A DNA stretch of 64,000 nt from the NCBI GenBank assembly GCA_038231275.1, contig JBBRLQ010000018.1, positions 32,001 to 96,000 on the forward strand, in the 5' to 3' direction. This DNA comes from Polyangiales bacterium (lineage in GTDB: Bacteria > Myxococcota_A > Polyangia > Polyangiales > Polyangiaceae). Both the position numbers and the translations under genes were made by a program. Under the pieces are notes generated by a model. The model did no database searches. It was not told where the DNA came from and worked only from the letters and a program-made list of their open reading frames with translations. Positions 1-9,344 of the stretch are shown here, one piece after another. Within the stretch, counting starts at the first letter, position 1; every line of letters begins with the position of its first letter.

Positions 1-2
1 TC

Positions 3-524
3 CTCGCGTTCCTCACGGCTACATGTGTCTTCGGCGGCTCGCTCGGTCTCGATCGACACTTCGCTGCGCTCGTCCCGTTCACATGCGTCGCGATCGGATT
101 CGGCGCGCTGCGCTTGTCAACGGCATGGACTCGCGCGGGTGCCGCCGCCCTCGGCGCGACCCTCGCCGTTCACGTCGCTTGGTACGCATCGTCGACGCAC
201 GCGCGATGGGGCTCGCAGCAAGCGGCCGCAGGATGGGTCGACGCAAATTCGGCAGGCGCTCCTGTCGTGTGCCCGAGCGTCGCATTGCAGCTCCTCACGC
301 ACCTGCCCGACGCGAGGTTCGTCGATTCGCTGCCGCTCTCCGGCCCCGCCGTCGTTCTCGGGTGGGAGTCTCAACTCGGCAGGCTCGCTTCGGCGGGGAG
401 GCTCGCCGGAAGATGGCGTCAATCGGGTGCCGCGGGCGACTGCGTCGTCGTGAGGGTCGTCGGCGACGCGCGCGACTTCGAGACACGCTCCCAGAGCAGA
501 AGCGCCACCAGCGGAACGAATTGA
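3..524 (+). CDS. C-terminal part of a membrane protein, possibly a GT-C glycosyltransferase (5' end outside window)
   Basis: Frame of ORF 114..524 is open back to base 3 (LAFLTATCVFGGSLGLDRHFAALVPFTCVAIGFG); hydrophobic helices followed by a soluble tail. Confidence 0.5.
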   Translation, partial: LAFLTATCVFGGSLGLDRHFAALVPFTCVAIGFGALRLSTAWTRAGAAALGATLAVHVAWYASSTHARWGSQQAAAGWVDANSAGAPVVCPSVALQLLTHLPDARFVDSLPLSGPAVVLGWESQLGRLASAGRLAGRWRQSGAAGDCVVVRVVGDARDFETRSQSRSATSGTN

Positions 525-1735
525 GCTGCGTCGAACCAGAGTCGCGCGGTTGGATTGTGCGGTGCGTAGTAGAGGAGGGCGGCGGCACTTGAGAGGTAGA
601 GCCACGCGGGCCGCGGAGCCACCGTAGAAAGCGCGATGAGCCAAAGCGCGTACCACGCGTAATGCGGTGTCCCGAGGACGAGCGTGAGTGCGGCGAGCGT
701 CGCGGCCGCGCGCGCTTCCGTTCGGAGATCTTGGTGCTCCCGCCTAAGGGAGGCAATCGAGACCCACGCGAAGATCGCCGCGACGATTGCGAAGTAGGCC
801 AGCGTCGGAAGCGGAACCGCGAGCCGAATCAGGCGGAGCAGAACGAATCGTTCGCCCGTATCAATTCCCTCCTCCCGAAAGTACGTCGGCAAGAACCCGA
901 GGACCTTCGACCCCACGCCGGCGTACGGGAGATAGAGGAGGAACGTCGCGAGGAACGCCCCAACGAGGCGCACGCCGCCGCGACGTGCGAACGCCGGTAC
1001 GAGAACGAGCGGATAACCTTTCACGAGCGTCGCCGCGCCGAGCAACAGCCCCGTGAGCGCGCGCCGCGACGAGCTCGCCGCGAGCATCACGCCGGCGAGC
1101 AGCGCCACCGCGATCGCGTCGACGTGGCCGCTGTGGGCCACCTCCCAACACACCAGCGGATGCCACGCGTAGACGATGACCTTGCGCGGGTCTTCTTTCA
1201 GCCGGCGCAACAAGAGGACGAGGATGCCGACCGCCGCGAGGTCGACCGCGACCATCACGAGCTTGGTCCCGAGGAGCGATCCGCCGCCGATGAAATAGGC
1301 GCTGAGAAAGGCAAGCTGCGCGAGGGGCGGATAGATCGTCGGCGCGTAGGATCGACGGTTGATGTTCGGGAAGATCTCCGCGTCGCGCAGCGGCGCGAGC
1401 TCCGGCGCCTCCGGAACATGGCGATACGGGTTGATGCCCGACGCCTGGACTCTTCCGTCCCAAACGTACCGGTACACGTCGTCCGACAGGAACGGCGGTT
1501 GCCAGACGAGCGCCAATCGCAGGAGGACAGCCGTGCCGAGAATGAGCACAAGCTCGCGTCGCGCCATCTTCGGGTCGGCGGGCGCGAAGCGCCACACGAC
1601 GATCGCGGCGAGCACGAACAGCGCGAGCTCGATCGCGTAGACGATCGTGAACGCCCGAAATCCGAGCTGCGCGTGGAGGGAAGGCCAAGCGAGAGAGGCC
1701 GCGATCGTAACGAGACCTAGCGCGGCGAGCCGCAT
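419..1735 (-). CDS. GT87/DUF2029-like membrane glycosyltransferase
   Basis: LSDDVYRYVWDG, NPY, TIYPP, YAWHPL, GHVD motifs; multiple TM helices. Confidence 0.8.
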   Translation of the reverse strand: MRLAALGLVTIAASLAWPSLHAQLGFRAFTIVYAIELALFVLAAIVVWRFAPADPKMARRELVLILGTAVLLRLALVWQPPFLSDDVYRYVWDGRVQASGINPYRHVPEAPELAPLRDAEIFPNINRRSYAPTIYPPLAQLAFLSAYFIGGGSLLGTKLVMVAVDLAAVGILVLLLRRLKEDPRKVIVYAWHPLVCWEVAHSGHVDAIAVALLAGVMLAASSSRRALTGLLLGAATLVKGYPLVLVPAFARRGGVRLVGAFLATFLLYLPYAGVGSKVLGFLPTYFREEGIDTGERFVLLRLIRLAVPLPTLAYFAIVAAIFAWVSIASLRREHQDLRTEARAAATLAALTLVLGTPHYAWYALWLIALSTVAPRPAWLYLSSAAALLYYAPHNPTARLWFDAAQFVPLVALLLWERVSKSRASPTTLTTTQSPAAPD

Positions 1736-1754
1736 GCCCGGACTCTACGAGAGA

Positions 1755-2273
1755 TCAAGTCAAGGCGAGCAGTATCTTGCCGAGTCGCGGATGGGTCTCG
1801 CCAAGACGCTCTATGCGCGGCACGAGGAGCTGGTCGACGCCGACGTAGCGACCCGCGCGCGTGGCTCCGTAAATCGCGCCGAGGAGCGCGATGAAGACGT
1901 AGCTCCAATACCACTCGTGCGGGATCTTGCTGTTCGCCAGGTAGAGGTTCACTCCCATGAGAAAGCAGAGTGCCCCGCCGAGCCGCGTGAACACGCCGAA
2001 CACGAGCGAGATCGCGATGAATGTCTCGCCGAGCCAAACTTGCGGCGCGAAGAGGCTGAAGTTGGGCAGGACAACTCCGTTCACGAACGCGCGATACCAA
2101 GGCACCGCGTACTTTCCGGACTCCTCGACCCAATGCCGAAGCCCGCCGGCGCCGCCCCAATCCGGAGGCAGCTTCCACAGCGTCTGCTGGTACCACATGT
2201 ACCCGACGATGACGCGCGAAGCCGCGAGGGCCCACCACCCTGCCGGTCGTACCAACTGCGCTTTGGGACTCAT
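1755..2273 (-). CDS. DoxX / TQO small subunit DoxD family membrane protein
   Basis: R..VG.MW....WK, PWYRAFV..VVLPN, GE..I...LVFG.FTR pattern; start taken at second Met. Confidence 0.75.
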   Translation of the reverse strand: MSPKAQLVRPAGWWALAASRVIVGYMWYQQTLWKLPPDWGGAGGLRHWVEESGKYAVPWYRAFVNGVVLPNFSLFAPQVWLGETFIAISLVFGVFTRLGGALCFLMGVNLYLANSKIPHEWYWSYVFIALLGAIYGATRAGRYVGVDQLLVPRIERLGETHPRLGKILLALT

Positions 2274-2616
2274 GCCTGAGACTACGCCGGAGGCCTCTTG
2301 CGGTTGCAAGAAAAGCCCGATGGCGCGGAACGTTGGGGCGCGAGCCCCATGGCATGACGGCGTGGAGGACGTCGACGCGCTCGGCCCGTCTCCGAGGGCG
2401 ACCGGCGAGGCGGCGCCCCGTCGAGGCGGCCACGAGTGGAAGGAAGGCTTTGTCTGTTCGGCGGCGAATCCTGCCGCGGGAGGGCTCGCTCCGCGCTCTT
2501 CGTCTCAAAGCTCCCACGCAGCTCGGGCAGGTTTGCCGACAGTGGCTGAACTCCCGCTTGGGTAGCGCGAGCACGTCCATCGGCTCGGTGCTTCGTCGGA
2601 GTCCTTTCGAGCGGCG

Positions 2617-2870
2617 TGCGTGCCCGCGTGCGTCGGTCAAGCGTGCGGCGCAGCGGACGGCTGCGGCGGTTCGTGCGCCGCCGCGTGCGGGAGCGGATCG
2701 GGGTGCGACGGTGGCGCGTGTGACGGTGGCGGCCGCGCGCCCCTTCTCGCCGACTGCCAGATCGCGTTCGTGCAGACGTGCTCGTCACTCTGCGCTTGCG
2801 ATCGGCGCGACGCGCACGCCAGCATGCGGCCCGAACAGCGCCGCAGGCGGCGTACGTGCGTTGCTGTTGC
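2617..2870 (+). pseudogene. Probable remnant of a Cys-rich myxobacterial repeat protein
   Basis: CVPACVGQACGAADGCGGSCAAACGSGSGCDGGAC repeat unit; in-frame TAG at 2563-2565 upstream, no signal peptide, frame degenerates downstream. Confidence 0.4.
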
Positions 2871-3034
2871 CGATGACGACCGCGTCCGGGGTGTACGTCC
2901 CGCACCCCCTGAGGGGGCGCCGCTACGACGAACGTTCGCCCTGCGGGATCGATTCGATCCCATGTGCTCTCTGGCGCCTTCCCGTCTCCCCAGAACTTGG
3001 CGCAAAGAAGGCTCGGCGGAGCGCCGACCAACGA

Positions 3035-3050
3035 CGGCACGTGGCGTGCA
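3035..3050 (+). promoter_or_regulatory. Candidate sigma54 -24/-12 promoter
   Basis: CGGCACG-TGGC-GTGCA (GG-N10-GC), ending 13 nt before ATG 3064. Confidence 0.5.
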
Positions 3051-3063
3051 CCGCCGCTGGCCC

Positions 3064-3450
3064 ATGAGCGAGTGCGCAACCCCTCTCGAGGACACGACGT
3101 TGCCCACGCTTCATCCGGTGGAGCGGGAGGATCCCGACGCGCGCGCGCGGGTTCTGCTCGCGGTGGTGCGCGGAGAGCTCGACAGTCAGGCCGCCGCCTG
3201 CGCGATGTGGAGGATGCCCGAGGTGGTCGAAGACATGGTGCGCGCGCTGTCGCTGGCGCTCCGCGAGGAAGACGCACAACGCGAGCTCCTCCACGCGGAG
3301 ATCGAGAGCCTCCGCAAGCGCGTGCGATCGCTCGTGGGGCAGGTCATGGAGTCGGTGCCTCCGTCGGCGTCTCCGTCCGCCCCGCCTGACGAGGGGACCG
3401 CGTCGCCGTCGACGCCACCGTTCTCGGTGAGCCGCCTTCGCATCCTCTGA
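3064..3450 (+). CDS. Small HTH + coiled-coil protein (DUF1153/transposase-HTH-like)
   Basis: RARVLLAVVRGELDSQAAACAM helix-turn-helix-like segment, then ELLHAEIESLRKRVRSLVGQV coiled coil; GC3-rich codons from 3064. Confidence 0.55.
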   Translation: MSECATPLEDTTLPTLHPVEREDPDARARVLLAVVRGELDSQAAACAMWRMPEVVEDMVRALSLALREEDAQRELLHAEIESLRKRVRSLVGQVMESVPPSASPSAPPDEGTASPSTPPFSVSRLRIL

Positions 3451-3478
3451 GCGCTTCAGCCGACGTCGTCGGCGCGGC

Positions 3479-4525
3479 TCAGAACGTGACGAAGCCGAGC
3501 GTCGCGCCGGCGTAGATGCTCTCCGCCATCGTGCCCGGCGGCGGGCCTGCGGTGACGACGCCGACCGGCTGCTGATCGCCGCGCAGCCACATGCCGTCGG
3601 CGCAGAGCGCCACCGTCTCGGCGAAGTACACGCACGCCATGCCGCGCGCGACGTCGACCGGCGTGCCGGGATCGGTGTGGTGTGCCTCGACGCGCGTGAA
3701 GCTCCCGTCGAGGCGACCATAGCGCGTGTGGACGGCGAGGTATCCGCCCCACGCGAAGCTCGTCCCGAGCTCACGGCGCGACGTGTCGCCGGTGTTGTAG
3801 CGACCCGTGAGGATCGGCGTGGCGCGCGCGCCGAGCTCGAGGACCGTGCGATCGTGGACGTATTGGTAGCCCACCTCGCCGAGCGGGAGATCGATGTGCG
3901 AGTAGTAAAATTTCGAGTTGCCGAGGAGCTCGCCGCCGAGGCCGACGCGGGCGAAGGGGCCGTGCGTGTCGCCGAGCGGCGCGCGAAGGCCGAGGGTGAA
4001 CGCGGCAGACAGGCTCCCCTCGACGCCGCCCGAGCCGCCGCCGAGAGAGAGCGCGCTCGCGCCCCGCATCGTGAAGATGCTGCCCTCGTCGGTCCTCCAG
4101 CCCTCGCTCTGCCCGAAGAACATCACGCCGCCCGCGCGCACGCGCTCGGGGCCGTCGACGCTGGTGAAGCTGCCGCGAACGCCCCACACCGTGCCGTCCC
4201 ACGCCTTGTGCGCGCACGTGCAGCAGCTCCCGCACGACCCGCAACGGCCGCAGGTCGTGCCGGAAGAGCTGCACGACGAGCCGTCGCACCTGCACTCCTT
4301 CTTCTTCGAGCAGTCGTCCTTCGACGGAGCTGCGGGCTCGGCGGGGGACGGAGGGGGCGGCGTCGCGGCGACAGGATCCGATGCCGTCGGGGGAGGCAGC
4401 GGCGGGAGGGGCACCGTTGGGGAAGCGCCCGGATGAGCCGTCTGGGCGCTTCCGGCGCCTGCGCTTGTGAAGAAGGCCGATGCAGCGAGCCCCGCGTGCG
4501 CGGCGCGCCAGAAGCGTGAAGCCAT
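3479..4525 (-). CDS. Secreted probable outer-membrane beta-barrel protein with Pro-rich and Cys-rich N-terminal linker
   Basis: Signal peptide, amphipathic beta-strand pattern, C-terminal YAGATLGFVTF ending in Phe. Confidence 0.6.
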   Translation of the reverse strand: MASRFWRAAHAGLAASAFFTSAGAGSAQTAHPGASPTVPLPPLPPPTASDPVAATPPPPSPAEPAAPSKDDCSKKKECRCDGSSCSSSGTTCGRCGSCGSCCTCAHKAWDGTVWGVRGSFTSVDGPERVRAGGVMFFGQSEGWRTDEGSIFTMRGASALSLGGGSGGVEGSLSAAFTLGLRAPLGDTHGPFARVGLGGELLGNSKFYYSHIDLPLGEVGYQYVHDRTVLELGARATPILTGRYNTGDTSRRELGTSFAWGGYLAVHTRYGRLDGSFTRVEAHHTDPGTPVDVARGMACVYFAETVALCADGMWLRGDQQPVGVVTAGPPPGTMAESIYAGATLGFVTF

Positions 4526-4571
4526 CGGGCAGATGGACGAACGCGGACAGGCTGAGATTCAAGCCGTTTGG

Positions 4572-4937
4572 TCAGATCAGGACGTCGTCCGGCTCCGGGA
4601 TCTCCAGGTGCGACTTGAAGCTGAATAGGACGCGCGCCCAGCTCGTCGCGCACTGCGCCATGAAGTCCGTCGACGCGCGCCAGTTGCGGTGGCTGAAGCG
4701 AACGACGCTCTCCTCGCCCTCCGACGCGACGTCGAAGGAGACGCACGTGCCGACCCACTCCGAAGGACCCTCGACGCACGACCACGCGACGGTGGAGGCG
4801 CTGTCCTCGGCCGAGGCGCGCATGCTGAGCTTCGTCGCGACCGGCCAGAACGCGACACGAAGCGCCTCCTCGCGCAGCGCGCGAACGACGTCTGCCGGTG
4901 CGGCGTTCACGTGAACTCGATGAACGATCTCTGCCAT
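4572..4937 (-). CDS. SRPBCC/AHSA1-like domain protein
   Basis: IVHRVHVNAAPADV, VAWSCVEGPSEWVGT, FSHRNW, W..VL.SFKSHLE; AAGGAG SD upstream. Confidence 0.8.
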   Translation of the reverse strand: MAEIVHRVHVNAAPADVVRALREEALRVAFWPVATKLSMRASAEDSASTVAWSCVEGPSEWVGTCVSFDVASEGEESVVRFSHRNWRASTDFMAQCATSWARVLFSFKSHLEIPEPDDVLI

Positions 4938-4971
4938 GACGGGCTCCTTGTACGAACGGATGACTTTCGAA

Positions 4972-6525
4972 TCACAGGCAGCTGGGCTTGAAGACCTTGC
5001 GAGAGCCCGCGTAGTAAAAAGGGGGGTTGCAGTCGTTGGCGTTGGGGTCGCCGGGGGCCGCGGTCGTCCCGGCCGGCGCGGGGGCGTGCGAGGGCGGCGG
5101 GGGGCTCGGACGCGGAGCGGGTCGCGGCGCGTGCGTCGGAGGCGGCGCGGCGCCTTGGGCGTTGCGGGCGGGAGTCGCGGTCTGCGCCGCGTCGACGGCG
5201 TCTGCCCGAGCGGGCGCGGGCGCGGCCGTGGGCGGCGGGATCGCGATCGGCGCGGGCGCCATCGCGCGCGCGTCACTCGCGATGGACGTCTCCTCCGCTC
5301 GACCGCGCGCATCTCCGAGCCACCGCACGAGCACCAGATCCACGACGACGAAGGCGAGCGCCGCGCAGACCACCCACGGCACGAAGCGCCACGGACTACG
5401 GCGCGCGTCGGCGACCGGCTGCGGATCTCGCTCGGGCGCGATCGCCGCTACCGCGTCCTCGTTCGGCGCGACGAGGCCGCGGCGAACACCGGAGCCGAGC
5501 GTCGGCGCGGCGGCCGTGATCCGCGAGTTGCTCCGCCAGCTCTCTTCGTTGGCCGCGAGCATCTTCTCGCGCCGCTCCAGATCGTCGGTCCCCATCGTGC
5601 GGACCCATCGCGAGACCTCGAGCGAGGTGGACGGCGGGCACACGGCGAGGATCGCCTCCAGCATCGCGGCCGCGCCGTCGTAACGATCCTCGGGCGCCAT
5701 CGCCATCGCGCGCGCGGCGATCGGCTCGAGGGTGAGAATCTCCTCGCGTCGCATGCCCGTAGGGGCCGCGCCGCGCGCCTCGAGCGCCGCGCTCACGGTC
5801 GGCGCGGTGCCGTGGAGGACGTTCGACAGGAACGCCGCTTCGTTCTCGCGGTTGTAAAAGCGCCGGTTCACGAGCATCTCCCAGAGCAGGACGCCCGCCG
5901 CGTAGAGATCCACGCGCCGCGTGACCGGCTCCATCCGGAGCTGCTCGGGCGCCATGTACCCCATCTTCCCCTTCATGAATCCCTGACGCGTGTGCTGCGT
6001 CCGGTTTTTCGCCTTCGCGATGCCGAAGTCGAGGAGGCGCGGCACGCCGTCGACGCTGACCATCACGTTCTGCGGCGACACGTCGCGATGAACGATCCCC
6101 AAGTGCGCGCCGACCTCGTCGCACGCCTCGTGCGCTGCGTGCAACCCCGCGAGGACGCCGGTCACGATCGCCGCCACGACGCTCACCGGCAGCGGCGCGT
6201 CGCCGATCGCCGCCGCGCGCATGAGGGCCGCGAGCGACACGCCGTGGACGTACTCCTGGACGAGGATCACCTCGGAGTCGACGACGACGACGTCGAGCAC
6301 TGGCACGACGTTGGGGTGATGGATCTTCGACGCGATCCGCGCCTCGTCGTGCAGCATCGTCACGAACTCGGGATCCTCCGCGAACTGCGCGTGGAGGCGC
6401 TTGGCCGCCACCAGGCGCGTGAACCCCTCGGCGCCGACGAGCCGCGCCGTATGCACCGTTGCCATCCCCCCTCGCGCGATCGGCTCGTAGAGGAGATACT
6501 GCCCGAATTTTTCCGCGGCGCTCAC
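4972..6525 (-). CDS. Membrane Ser/Thr protein kinase
   Basis: ARGGMATV, VAAK, HRDVSPQN, DFG, YMAPE, TM helix, Pro-rich tail; GTG start overlaps def stop (GTGA). Confidence 0.92.
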   Translation of the reverse strand: MSAAEKFGQYLLYEPIARGGMATVHTARLVGAEGFTRLVAAKRLHAQFAEDPEFVTMLHDEARIASKIHHPNVVPVLDVVVVDSEVILVQEYVHGVSLAALMRAAAIGDAPLPVSVVAAIVTGVLAGLHAAHEACDEVGAHLGIVHRDVSPQNVMVSVDGVPRLLDFGIAKAKNRTQHTRQGFMKGKMGYMAPEQLRMEPVTRRVDLYAAGVLLWEMLVNRRFYNRENEAAFLSNVLHGTAPTVSAALEARGAAPTGMRREEILTLEPIAARAMAMAPEDRYDGAAAMLEAILAVCPPSTSLEVSRWVRTMGTDDLERREKMLAANEESWRSNSRITAAAPTLGSGVRRGLVAPNEDAVAAIAPERDPQPVADARRSPWRFVPWVVCAALAFVVVDLVLVRWLGDARGRAEETSIASDARAMAPAPIAIPPPTAAPAPARADAVDAAQTATPARNAQGAAPPPTHAPRPAPRPSPPPPSHAPAPAGTTAAPGDPNANDCNPPFYYAGSRKVFKPSCL

Positions 6526-7091
6526 GCGTATCGCCGCCGCTCGAAGAGGCCGGTCTCGGGATCGACGACGCGATCGACGAAGACGATACCGTCGAGGTGA
6601 TCCATCTCGTGGAGGATGCAGCGCGCTTCCATGCCGTCGGCCGCCACGCGTACGAGGTGCCCGGTGCCCGGCGCGTACCCTTCGACGACCACCTCCGCGG
6701 CGCGCTCGACGTCGCCGGTGAGCGCTGGCACGCTCATGCACCCCTCGCGCATCACGACGTGGCCGCTCTGGTGCGTCACGCGCGGGTTCGCGAGGACCAC
6801 GAGGCCGGCGCACGAGCGGGCCTTCTTGTGGCCGGTGATGTCCATGCAAAATACACGTACCCCTGCGCCGATCTGCGGCGCCGCGAGGCCCACGCACGCC
6901 GGCGACATGTACATCGTCATCACGAGCTCCTGCGCGAGGACGACGATCGCACGATCGCGCGGCTCGACCTCGATCGCGGGCCGCGCCAGGACCGGGTGTG
7001 GTCGCTCGAGCACCGGACGTACCGGCGACCGCAGGTGGGTGCCGCTCTGCGGTTTCGAGAGAGAGGGCTGTGCCTTCTTGAACTGCTCCAT
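6522..7091 (-). CDS. def: Peptide deformylase
   Basis: CVGLAAPQIG, EGCMS, HEMDHLDG motifs. Confidence 0.92.
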   Translation of the reverse strand: MEQFKKAQPSLSKPQSGTHLRSPVRPVLERPHPVLARPAIEVEPRDRAIVVLAQELVMTMYMSPACVGLAAPQIGAGVRVFCMDITGHKKARSCAGLVVLANPRVTHQSGHVVMREGCMSVPALTGDVERAAEVVVEGYAPGTGHLVRVAADGMEARCILHEMDHLDGIVFVDRVVDPETGLFERRRYA

Positions 7092-7106
7092 CGGTCTGGG
7101 TGCACG

Positions 7107-7124
7107 AAGCACGGGTTGCGCCAA
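7107..7124 (-). promoter_or_regulatory. Candidate sigma54 promoter for def-kinase operon
   Basis: Minus strand TTGGCGC-AACCC-GTGCTT (GG-N10-GC), just upstream of ATG 7091 and downstream of an EBP gene. Confidence 0.5.
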
Positions 7125-7254
7125 CGCGGGATCGCTGGAAATTTCGACCGATCGAGCCCCAATTGCGGGGACCACCCCGCATCGCCGCTGCGTGCAACCG
7201 CCCGCGGGCGACGTGTAGGAAGACGTGCCGGATCGCGCGCCGGTGGGCGACGCC

Positions 7255-8616
7255 TCAGCGAAAGCCGTACTTCTGGGCGAGCTGGTGCAAGTACATCCGG
7301 TCCATTTTCGCCGCACGCGCAGCCTTGCTGACGTTGCCTTCGCAGCGCGACAGTAGCGGCCCGAGGTACGCGCGCTCGAACGCGGCGACGGCCGCCTCCT
7401 TCGCCACACGGAAGGGCACGGTCTCGCCGTCTCCGTCCATCGCGTCCATCGTCGGCGACGCGCCGCTGCGGGGCGCAGGAACCTCACCGACGCCGACGAC
7501 CAGGCTCCGTTCGACGTAGTTCTTGAGCTCTCGCACGTTGCCGGGCCAGTCGTGACGCGACAGCTTCTCCACGACGTCCGGCGAGAACATCGGATCACCG
7601 TCGGTCCGGCCCATCGCGGCGAGGAAGCTGTCCACGAGGAGCGGGATGTCGCCGGGACGATCGCGCAGCGGGGGAAGGCGCACGCTCATCTTGGCGAGGC
7701 GGTAGTAGAGATCCTCGCGGAAGCGTCCGCGGTTCACCTCGCGCTCGAGGTCGCGGTTCGTGGCGGCGATGACACGGACGTCGACGCGCTGCGGGTGCGT
7801 CGCGCCGACCGGCCGCACCTCACGGGCCTCGAGGGCGCGGAGGAGCTTCGGCTGGAGATCGGGCGCGAGCTCACCGACCTCGTCGAGGAAGAGCGTGCCG
7901 CCGCTCGCCTCTTGGAACGCGCCGAGACGATCGCGATCGGCGCCGGTGAACGCGCCGCGGACGTGGCCGAACAGCTCGCTCTCCACGAGCGACGGCGAAA
8001 TAGCGCTGCAGTCCACGACCACCACGGGCCCCTCGGCGCGCGCGCTGCGTTGCACGAGCTCGGTCGCGACGAGCTCCTTTCCGGTCCCGCTCTCGCCGTG
8101 CAAGAGCACGTCGATGTCGCTCGCCGCCACGCGCTCGAGCAGCGCGTAGAGCCGCTGCATGACCGCGCTGCCGCCGACGAGCCCTCCGAACGCGTGCGCC
8201 CTTGCCACGCGGACGACGCGCCGGCTGGTCGGCTGGATGCAGACCTCCGAGTCGCCGAGCACGATCGTCGCGTCGGCCCCCACCTCGGCGACCAGCACCT
8301 TCACGCCGTCGAGGCGCGTTGCGTTCTTCGACCCGGTGTCCGTGATGAGCCACGCGCACCCGTCCGTCGCCCGCGTGATCCGGCAGTGGAAGCGCGAGAC
8401 GGTGGGATCGTCGAGGACCAGATCGTTCGACGGGTGCGAGCCGATGCTGCACACGTCTCCGTCGAACGTCCGAGTCTCGTGCGCGTCCTTGCCTGCGATC
8501 CGGCGCACCGCGATTTGCAGGTTCGGCAGCTCCACCTGCGCGAGCGCGGCGTCGCCGAGCAGCGGATTTCGGTGTTTGGTGCGCGTGACCGCCGGGTCAT
8601 CGAACTCGTCGCTCAT
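7255..8616 (-). CDS. FHA-domain sigma54-dependent enhancer-binding protein (Fis HTH)
   Basis: FHA (IGS..SND, VSRFH, GSKNAT), GESGTGKE, GAFTGA, FLDEVGE, WPGNVREL, C-terminal HTH. Confidence 0.95.
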   Translation of the reverse strand: MSDEFDDPAVTRTKHRNPLLGDAALAQVELPNLQIAVRRIAGKDAHETRTFDGDVCSIGSHPSNDLVLDDPTVSRFHCRITRATDGCAWLITDTGSKNATRLDGVKVLVAEVGADATIVLGDSEVCIQPTSRRVVRVARAHAFGGLVGGSAVMQRLYALLERVAASDIDVLLHGESGTGKELVATELVQRSARAEGPVVVVDCSAISPSLVESELFGHVRGAFTGADRDRLGAFQEASGGTLFLDEVGELAPDLQPKLLRALEAREVRPVGATHPQRVDVRVIAATNRDLEREVNRGRFREDLYYRLAKMSVRLPPLRDRPGDIPLLVDSFLAAMGRTDGDPMFSPDVVEKLSRHDWPGNVRELKNYVERSLVVGVGEVPAPRSGASPTMDAMDGDGETVPFRVAKEAAVAAFERAYLGPLLSRCEGNVSKAARAAKMDRMYLHQLAQKYGFR

Positions 8617-8707
8617 CGCGCAGTGAGACTACCGTCCCAATGGCCACCCGCCAGGACGAAGCGCCGCGCACGTTTCGCGCGCACCGGGGCAGTGGTGCGA
8701 CGATTCT

Positions 8708-9295
8708 TCAGTCGTCGACGACGAGCTCCGCGCCCCACGGCGCGGTCGGCCACACCTCGGCGCGCAGGCGCGGAAGGTTCCGCTTCACGCGCCCCGTCTC
8801 GTTGGGATCGGTGACGCCGCTCCGCTGCTGCCACGAGTGCATCCCGACCTCGAACACCTGGGCCATGTGCTCCCAGCTCGTGTGCGTCGACTGCAGCGTC
8901 TTGCAGATGCGCGCCGCCTCGGTCCAGCACTCGTCCAGATCGATGTACCCCGCGGCGACACCGATCCTCAGAAGATCGAGCGCTCGGACGAGATCCCAGG
9001 CAGGGACGCCGGTGGTGCCGCTCTTCAAGTCGGTGATGACCGCGCGGAAGGCTCCGACATGCGTGGCGCCGTACCAGCTGGAGAGCGAGCTCACCGCGCG
9101 CTCGCGGGCCCATGCGCCGCTGTCGTCGCCGCCGGTCCACAGCCCGTAGGCGCCGCGCGCCCATTTGGGGATGCGCTCCTTCTTCTTCTTCGAGATCGTC
9201 ATCGTGACGATCGCGATCACGATACCAATCAGGACGACCGCACCGCCCGCGACCGGAATCAAGAAACCAGGGCTCAGGACGTCGTCGAGATCCAC
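8708..9295 (-). CDS. Membrane-anchored DUF1266-like protein
   Basis: N-terminal TM; LSSWYG, AWDLVRA, GVAAGYI, SWE motifs. Confidence 0.65.
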   Translation of the reverse strand: MDLDDVLSPGFLIPVAGGAVVLIGIVIAIVTMTISKKKKERIPKWARGAYGLWTGGDDSGAWARERAVSSLSSWYGATHVGAFRAVITDLKSGTTGVPAWDLVRALDLLRIGVAAGYIDLDECWTEAARICKTLQSTHTSWEHMAQVFEVGMHSWQQRSGVTDPNETGRVKRNLPRLRAEVWPTAPWGAELVVDD

Positions 9296-9344
9296 GCGCG
9301 TTCGTTCCTTTCGAGGGGAACGAAAAAGGTAGCGGCCCTCGCGG

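Noticed and set aside
3064..3450. IS element
   Set aside because: No DDE/HUH catalytic ORF, terminal inverted repeats or target duplication seen
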